DNA of 64,000 nucleotides from Tubiluchus corallicola (lineage: Eukaryota > Animalia > Priapulida). This document shows, one piece after another, positions 57,096 to 64,000 of this stretch. The stretch lies in the NCBI GenBank assembly GCA_030141605.1, contig JAQGDQ010000402.1, forward strand, positions 124,001 to 188,000, given 5' to 3'. The notes below the pieces were generated by a model. That model had not been told where the DNA came from. It worked only from the letters and a program-made list of their open reading frames with translations, and searched no databases. A program made the position numbers and the translations under genes. Position 1 is the first letter of the stretch; each line of letters begins with the position of its first letter.

Positions 57096-57708
57096 GTTTA
57101 ATCTGCCATACTGTCTCGAGATTTTTTATCTTATTTAAGGACTGGTATGCATCCTACCATAGTTTAAACATTTCTGTCAGCTCCCTAAGTAGGCCCTGCC
57201 ATCGAGTACTGGAAATAAGTTAAACTGTAAAAAACAGCCTGCATGGTGTAATGCTATTGCATTACCCACAGGCTATTGTCAGTATTATTGCAGGAATACT
57301 GTGTTGCGTAGGTTACCTTTTGTTGTGTTTTAAGAGCCAACTTCAATTTTGAAACATTGGAAAATAGTGGAAGTAATTTAATTACCCACAATTATGAACC
57401 TTTTGAGCTGAACTGACTACAAGGAAGCCCGAGTCTGGATTTAAAACAAGGTGTTGGCGATTACAAGTCCATTATCATGGCCATAAAACCATACCAGTGG
57501 CCATGACCTTGGGGTCATGACAGCTCTTAATTCATTCGCAGTGCTTTCCAAACCATTCAATTATTTTCTAGTGGGAGGAAACTATTCTTGTCCTGTTAAA
57601 CAAAAAATTGCTCTGTCGCACGCATTTTGGCATCCACGAGGCAAAGTGTGTGTGAAAATGAAAAAGTGGTTCATAGTGTAGAAGTGAGTACATAGAATTA
57701 TTACTTAC

Positions 57709-58339
57709 CTAGGATGAAGATCTGAATATCTTTTGGTTTTTTAGCTTTGTTGTCTTTGCTCAGTTTTGGCTTCGGCACAGTTTCAAGTGCAGTTCTTTCT
57801 ATCTGTATCTTAATGACGTTCTTGTTGTTAGTCAGATCAAGACTAAAGCTACGTAACTGAGAAGCTTGGTAAATAAGAATTTGTTCAAGACGGGTCATCG
57901 TCATGAATGCTTTTGGGTGTATGAGGACTAGACGATTGTTGGAATTCAACTTCACAACTTTTGTAGCAGTCATAGCTAAGGTGTCTTTCTCTAGTTTGTT
58001 TACATTCGAATAAGCCAGTTCAAATATCTGGACACTTCTTCCTTGGAGGAATTTTTCTGGCAATGCTGTTCCGTCATACTTACGTATGGACAGTGAGAAT
58101 ACTTTCTGAGGCAGACCCTTTTGTATGACCTTTATGCCGTTTTCATAGATTTTATGTATACGGCCACATTCATAACTACATGGTGCATCTTTTTTTGTTA
58201 TGATGCATCCGTCTACTTCTGCACACCCTTCAACGAGCACTTTCTTTAAATTGATAGTGCTTAGAATTGTCACGAGAACTATCACATTAGGTCTACCCTT
58301 TCTTCTAAAGCTGATAGTTTTTTCTAAAGCAGATGACAT
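57709..58339 (-). CDS. Nested antisense leucine-rich-repeat protein, exon 1 (hydrophobic N-terminal segment, Cys cap, LRRs)
   Basis: 210 uninterrupted codons; VIVLVTILSTI hydrophobic stretch; four N-terminal Cys; LRR-like units (VQIFELAYSNVNKL, NNRLVLIHPKAFMTMTRLEQILI, KIQIERTALETVP); perfect donor G|gtaagt, phase 1. Confidence 0.8.
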
Positions 58340-59601
58340 CTTGTTTTGTAAACAAAGAGCGTCTCTAAAAGATCAGATTTTGGCGCGTGAATGATCTATT
58401 TTCAGGTGAATTCTGCAGGCTAGAATTGCATGGGAGAATTGCTTACGTCACAATCGTTTCTATGGCATTATTATTACGCCTGCAAAACAGCAATGAGAAT
58501 GGCTAACAATCATAGAATTAGACGGTGCGCCCCCAATTCAATTCCATTTAATTTCATTTTAATGCACAATTACAATAGTGTTTCATGGCAAAAAATTACA
58601 GTTACAAATACAAGAAATACAAAACATAACAAATACAAGTACAATTACGCAACGTTGCAAACCAGCGTTTTTTCTCAGAGAGAGAATGCCAGGCTCGCGT
58701 AAAAAGTGACGCTACCATGGTCACCATGCTGTTGGACAAGCTGCTGCTTTCTGCTACTTCGTTATTATGCGTGCATGTGAAGTTTTTGCAATAATTTTCG
58801 ATACAAATGCTCCGCGTAGTGAATTTGCGGTCAAATAGCAAAACAGTTAACAGTGGCAACCTCTACGTTATCTGTAAATGTTCAAATCGGGCAAAAAAGC
58901 ACCAACAAGGTCTTTTTGCTGCAGGTAACAGCATCCTACACTTTCATTTAAATGAAACGGTATTACAGTACTCTTGTCGATGGTCTTTTATTTATAAAAT
59001 TCTTACAAGATATTCGAGAAACTGTTATCATTATTAATCGTTATAATATTAATGTACTTAGTCATGTATAAGCTGCACTTGTAACTGTAATGGTGCGAAT
59101 TCCAGCAGCACTAACTTCAGGAAAAGTGTATGGGTATATAGCCACCACGTACACGCCTAACAGTTTTTTTTCACTTCGTGTTAAACAGGCACAGTATATT
59201 ATGCAGAGGGCGCTACAGAGGATCTTGATAACTAATTTTGAAAAAATATAAAGTTAACAATATACAGACTGCACAGAACAATTTTCAATGGTTGTTTGGG
59301 ATAAAAAATATTTATATTTTATAAGCCGAAGCTGCAGTTGCCGTAATGGTATTGTGCTGGTTGCGGCCATATTGAAACTTATCATTTTCTGTATTTCCAT
59401 TGATGTTGTAAAGAGTTGTAATTAAAACACATTTGAAATTTTCTTGTTATTTTCTACACGATTAGCTGTGTTTACTATAATTTTGAGAAGCTTGACAAAT
59501 TTTTGTTGCATTACAGTACAAAGAGAATTTTAAGCACAGTCATTAAAACATTTAACTAGAACATTATTTGAGTTTTCAATAGTGCATTTGTGTTGCATTA
59601 G

Positions 59602-59796
59602 GTTGTTGAACCAACAAAAGTAAAACCTGCTAGGCCCACCATAGACACCGATCACATTTTCCCAACGGAAGTAGAATCAACTACCATGAAAGCTACCAGA
59701 CTCCCTACAGAAACCACTACATATTCTACAGAGACTACTACAGAGTATACAACGGAGACTACAACTGAAACTACAACTGAAACTACAACTGAAACG
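59602..59796 (+). CDS. DAG1: Dystroglycan coding exon 5: Thr/Glu-rich mucin-like exon
   Basis: Acceptor tgttgcattag; open frame VVEPTKVKPARPT...TETTTETTTETTTET; donor ACG|gtattt; 195 nt, phase 0/0. Confidence 0.85.
59754..59796 (+). repeat. 12-nt coding tandem repeat (GAAACTACAACT; ETTT)
   Basis: About 3.5 near-perfect copies, with degenerate copies just upstream. Confidence 0.9.
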
Positions 59797-60325
59797 GTAT
59801 TTACTAATTGAATCAATTTGGTTTTCATCTATCAGATATGCTGAAAGGTGTTGTAAGTAAACTAATACAATATTTATATATTCTAATGAAACATTTATTT
59901 CAAGCAAAATTTAGGCAATGTGTAGGACACGGTTTTTTAGTGCCAGACTGTACATATACATTTGATAGCTTTGCTGTATCGATGATCCGTTTTGCCACAG
60001 ATTGGCACGTTTTCAATGATTTTCACTGGAGACGTGATTATTCATTTAATTGCATTTCTGCTGATAAACATACTAAACGCCAATAACACTTGTCACTTCT
60101 TGCTTTGAAATAATTAACTAGCTGTATGCAGTTCGTATAATTAATGTTAGGCTTCTAGGTTTTAGATTGTTAAATGATAAGCCTATGAAGTTGCTAAATA
60201 GTTCTGAAAACCAATTGTTTAATATTTAACATTAAGAATATTTGAAGTTAAAGTATAAATCTTGACAAATGTATTGTTAATAAAGATTTGCCATATTGCT
60301 AATCTACAAAATCTTCGTTTTGTAG

Positions 60326-60520
60326 ACAACTGAGGGTAAAACAGAGCCCCTGCCGGTACCTGCGACACCATCCACTCCAAAAACTGCAACCGATAGGTCA
60401 ACTAAAGCAGAGCAAATGTCAACCAAGAAGCCTGGCATGCCTACAAAAGTTCCAATTCCAGTCAACAAAAAGCCAAAGGTTGGGCGACATATTAAGAAGA
60501 TCGAAATAAAATCAGGGGAG
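60326..60520 (+). CDS. DAG1: Dystroglycan coding exon 6: end of the mucin region and start of the second cadherin-like domain
   Basis: Acceptor cttcgttttgtag; Pro/Thr-rich, ending NKKPKVGRHIKKIEIKSGE (vertebrate NQRPELKNHIDRVDAWVG); donor GAG|gtaagt; 195 nt, phase 0/0. Confidence 0.92.
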
Positions 60521-60583
60521 GTAAGTTTATGGTAATATGGCTTCATGTCAAATATTGTATCTTTCAATCACCTTTATTATTTT

Positions 60584-61165
60584 CAGTGGCAGCTCATAGC
60601 TGAAATTAGTGGGGGTGCTGCTTCAGAAAATTTTTAGCCATTGTTTTAATACAGAGTAAAATGTAACAAACATATGTAATTTTAATTTAATGTAAACATA
60701 AGTTATATTTGAAGATCGGGTGTTGAACGGCCTCTTTGCCTAATTGCAACTTTTTCATGGAAAGACAACTGTGAAAAATTAAGCCGTTGTAATTCACTTA
60801 CAGAATATATTTCTTGGGCATGGACGATGTCCATTATTAAATAATTTATGTTTTAAGCTTTCACGCTAAGTTTACATTTTATCACATCCAAAAATATGAC
60901 GGTACATGGTAAGCACGTGGCAGTTGTTACTGTGATAGACACAGTACTTTTCTACCTAGCTGCAGACGATAGCCTACAGTGTGTTATCTCAGCCGTATAC
61001 AACAGCCAAATACCATGTTGCTTGGGCTGTGAAGCAAATTGTACTTCTCTCACGTCCTCAAGTATAAAAAAAGAACTAAAGAAAAAGACTTATTATATTG
61101 AATATTATCAATAATAATGAGTGAAAACAGGGGGTGCGGAAGTACTTATACACGAGCTACCACTG
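60584..61165. mobile_element. hAT-type MITE, 582 bp, 8-bp TSD ATTATTTT
   Basis: attatttt|cagtggcagctc ... gagctaccactg|attatttt; TIR 11/12 match; subterminal gggggtgc at both ends. Confidence 0.88.
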
Positions 61166-61687
61166 ATTATTTTCAACACGGCGCCTAATCAAAACCCGCC
61201 AAATAGATAATCACAAACACAACTGAAGAAATTATTATTGACAAAAGTATTAGACGTAAGAGTGGATAGTAGGCATATGTCTGATAATATTCTTGAAAAC
61301 TTTGCTAAACAGCAAGTATTATGTGAATATAAAATTCAGCTATTTTGACACAATTAATAATGTACGAAAAATGGAATGGTACGAAGGTGTAGTAATGCTA
61401 AAATTCTATGTACATGTATTGGTTTTGTAATTATTAACAAATTGTCTTGGTGTCAAGAAGTTGTCCACAATTTTGTATAAGGGTCAAAACTTCCTGAATA
61501 GGCAGTTTAGTAAAGGATAAACGGTAGATTGCCCCCAGGATGCGAAACAACATAATCTAGCTATACCTGGTTTAAATTTTTTATAAAAAAGTATGTGTAA
61601 ATGGCATTGGTATATGCTTCATTATTTCATCACGTTGTGAATATATTATGTTTGCAATTGCTTGCAATGATTTTTACTCTGTTACAG

Positions 61688-62752
61688 GCTTTATTGGTAA
61701 CCATTCCAGAAGACACATTTTCCGATCCAGAAGATGGCAGCACACGCAACTTATCTCTCATTTTGCTGTCAGGAAAGAAACCTCACAGACAATTACCTGT
61801 CAGTTCCTGGCTTAAACTTAATGCCACTTCACAGACGTTGCATGGAATGCCATTTGAACTGAACCAGGGAAAGCATAAATACATACTCAGAGCTATGGAC
61901 AAAAGTGGTGACTCGGTTGACACCCACTTTACAATCGAAGTGATTCCCACAATGTCAAAAGAAGATGTCAAATGCTCCATGGCAGCTGAGCTCAACGTTG
62001 ATTACGAGTCATTCGTGTCTGATCCAGAGATGCAGAAGGAGTTCACTCGTAAACTGTCGAAAGCCTTTGGCGATGATAATCCAGATGCTATCGTGTTGAT
62101 GGAGATTCGGAAAGCATCCACGGTCATCACTTGGACAAATAGTTCTGTCCCCAAGGACGGCTGCCCTAAAGATGCAGTAGAGCATATGCGGGATGCAATG
62201 CTGGACGAAAACGGCACAGTAAAGGACAAATTTGCTGAAGCACTGGAACCGTTTCAGTTAATGACAGCAGCTTTTGAGCCGGCTGGTGATTGTGAAGGAG
62301 TAGTGGAAAGTCGCGGCGAAGTTCCATCAGCTGTTGAGCTACAGATTCCTACGGAAGAGCCGGTATTGACTAGTCCTGAACCAAAAAGCACTGAAGTTAC
62401 TACTACAGAAGAGGGTGAAGTAGTGATGTCCACTATCATCCCTATTGTAGTAATAGGTGCTCTATTAATTTTAGCTATAATTATCGCAGTCATTTTATAC
62501 AAACGTCACAAGAAGAAAAAAAAGGGATACGAAAAGGCAGAAACATCTGACAAAGACACTTTAAATAAACATACGCCTGTAATTTTTAGTGACGAAATTG
62601 ACGAGAGCGATAATCGCGGTCGGACACCTGCAGTAAATAATCAGGAGCATCCACCAAATCCACCCGAATACCATCCACTGCGAGAAGTACCCTCGCCAGA
62701 CATGTATAGCAACAGTAATGGCCAGCAAAACCGTCCTCTAGCCTATGCTTAA
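61688..62752 (+). CDS. DAG1: Dystroglycan last coding exon: cadherin-like domain, SEA module, transmembrane helix, cytoplasmic tail
   Basis: Acceptor ttttactctgttacag; IPEDTFSDPED, WTNSS, conserved Cys pair (GCPKD/GDC), TM IIPIVVIGALLILAIIIAVILY, basic juxtamembrane KRHKKKKK, PVIFSDE, PPEY; stop TAA. Confidence 0.97.
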   Translation, partial: ALLVTIPEDTFSDPEDGSTRNLSLILLSGKKPHRQLPVSSWLKLNATSQTLHGMPFELNQGKHKYILRAMDKSGDSVDTHFTIEVIPTMSKEDVKCSMAAELNVDYESFVSDPEMQKEFTRKLSKAFGDDNPDAIVLMEIRKASTVITWTNSSVPKDGCPKDAVEHMRDAMLDENGTVKDKFAEALEPFQLMTAAFEPAGDCEGVVESRGEVPSAVELQIPTEEPVLTSPEPKSTEVTTTEEGEVVMSTIIPIVVIGALLILAIIIAVILYKRHKKKKKGYEKAETSDKDTLNKHTPVIFSDEIDESDNRGRTPAVNNQEHPPNPPEYHPLREVPSPDMYSNSNGQQNRPLAYA

Positions 62753-64000
62753 TGTGCTGCTATGGTATGAACTTTAATTTCCAGTGCTTGATGGACACTG
62801 CACTTTCGGCAGAATTTAATGGCTCTTTTTCACTTTGGACAATACATTTGCGAAGTGAATTGTTGTTAAAGAAAGCCTTTTTTGAACTCTTAGAAATTGT
62901 GATTAGTGCCTGTATGTGACTGAGTAGGTGACATTACCTGCCTTCGTGTACTTGTTTAGTGCTGAACTTCGAGGGCCAAGTGCTTTGATTTTCGTTGATG
63001 ATACCCGCGATGGAATTCTCTCATTGTTGAGTGTTACATAGTATGTAGTTTAACTTCAACATCAAAAGACCAAGCATGCTTTTAGAGAATAGTGAGGTGT
63101 GTGTTGTGGCTCCACATTTTACTGAAGTAGCTTTTGTGTGTTCACCATTATTGCAGTTCTTAAAAAAATCTTAGGCTTTGCCTGTTTTTTAAAAAAATTA
63201 AAATCTGCTACAGAAAAGATCACTTTTCTGCAGCAAGGTTATGTAAATGACCAAGGTACTAAATTCTTTTAAATGTATCTCAAAATTTTAAATTGGCATT
63301 GCAACCGTAATTTTAATCTCATTTAAATAATTAAATTTAAGCTCACTCCGTTTTTGTCATGACGTAATTTTTTTATTTTTGTAATGAACGACTTTGTTTT
63401 TATGCAAATTTCTTTATAACATACAGGTATGTGCTAGCACAGTTATAATTTGAACAGAGAACTGAATTATCCGAAAATGATTGCTAATTTTTATGAATAC
63501 AATAACGGGTAAAATTTGGGTGCTTCTATTTGGCACTCACAGTGAGAGTGATTATGCCGAATTTCATAATACGTTATAGAAATTTGAGTTCATATGATGG
63601 ATTTTTTATGTCTGTGCTATATTCTGATAGTTGGACTTCCCAGATGTACATTACCGTGTACGAGATACGCTGTACTCAGTAAGCCATGGCTGTCAAGAGG
63701 TGCCCGTGGCATACCATGTCAGAGCGCATATCGAAGACAACTTTGCTTGATTTTGTCACGTGAAACCAGTGTTTAGATGATGTGGGCAAAGTACGTGACC
63801 TTTTTCTGCAATTGTTCCAAAAGGTGTGCTTGTATGCTTGAAGTCTGGGCCATTGCATTTCACAGAAATTGATAATGGGAAATCGAGGCAGATGGCTACT
63901 TGCTTTTCCAGATTGTGCAGCGGTATTTAGCAGAAATATATCCTGAGTAATTCTCACCATATTCTAATGACAAGTTAAGTGAGTGAACTCATGAACTCAT

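Noticed and set aside
61601-61687. N-terminal extension of the 383-aa ORF, resembling a signal peptide
   Set aside because: Intronic polypyrimidine tract; homology and the acceptor place the exon start at 61688
61783-62502. Minus-strand ORFs over the last exon (also 52893-53105, 59677-59907, 60304-60567)
   Set aside because: Antisense shadows of dystroglycan codons
62750-62770. Stop-codon readthrough restoring a PPxY tail
   Set aside because: TAA is followed by only five codons and TGA, with no PPxY

Overview
AT-rich eukaryotic (invertebrate animal) genomic DNA; the organism cannot be determined from the sequence alone. The main feature is a complete + strand dystroglycan (DAG1 orthologue) gene with 7 coding exons (41793-62752, about 818 aa, all GT-AG introns, frame-consistent). 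It differs from vertebrate DAG1 in three ways: the SEA-domain autocleavage GS dipeptide reads AS, the cytoplasmic tail is short and lacks the C-terminal PPxY dystrophin-binding motif, and the mucin region is split into two symmetric 195-nt exons. Dystroglycan intron 54269-59601 hides an antisense two-exon leucine-rich-repeat gene (about 294 aa) plus a decayed tandem paralogue. The first 41 kb has no convincing host-gene coding exons. It holds a decayed CR1-like LINE, several MITEs and SINEs, microsatellites, and a candidate promoter/5' UTR region near 9.0-9.6 kb. All calls come from manual reading, with no database searches.
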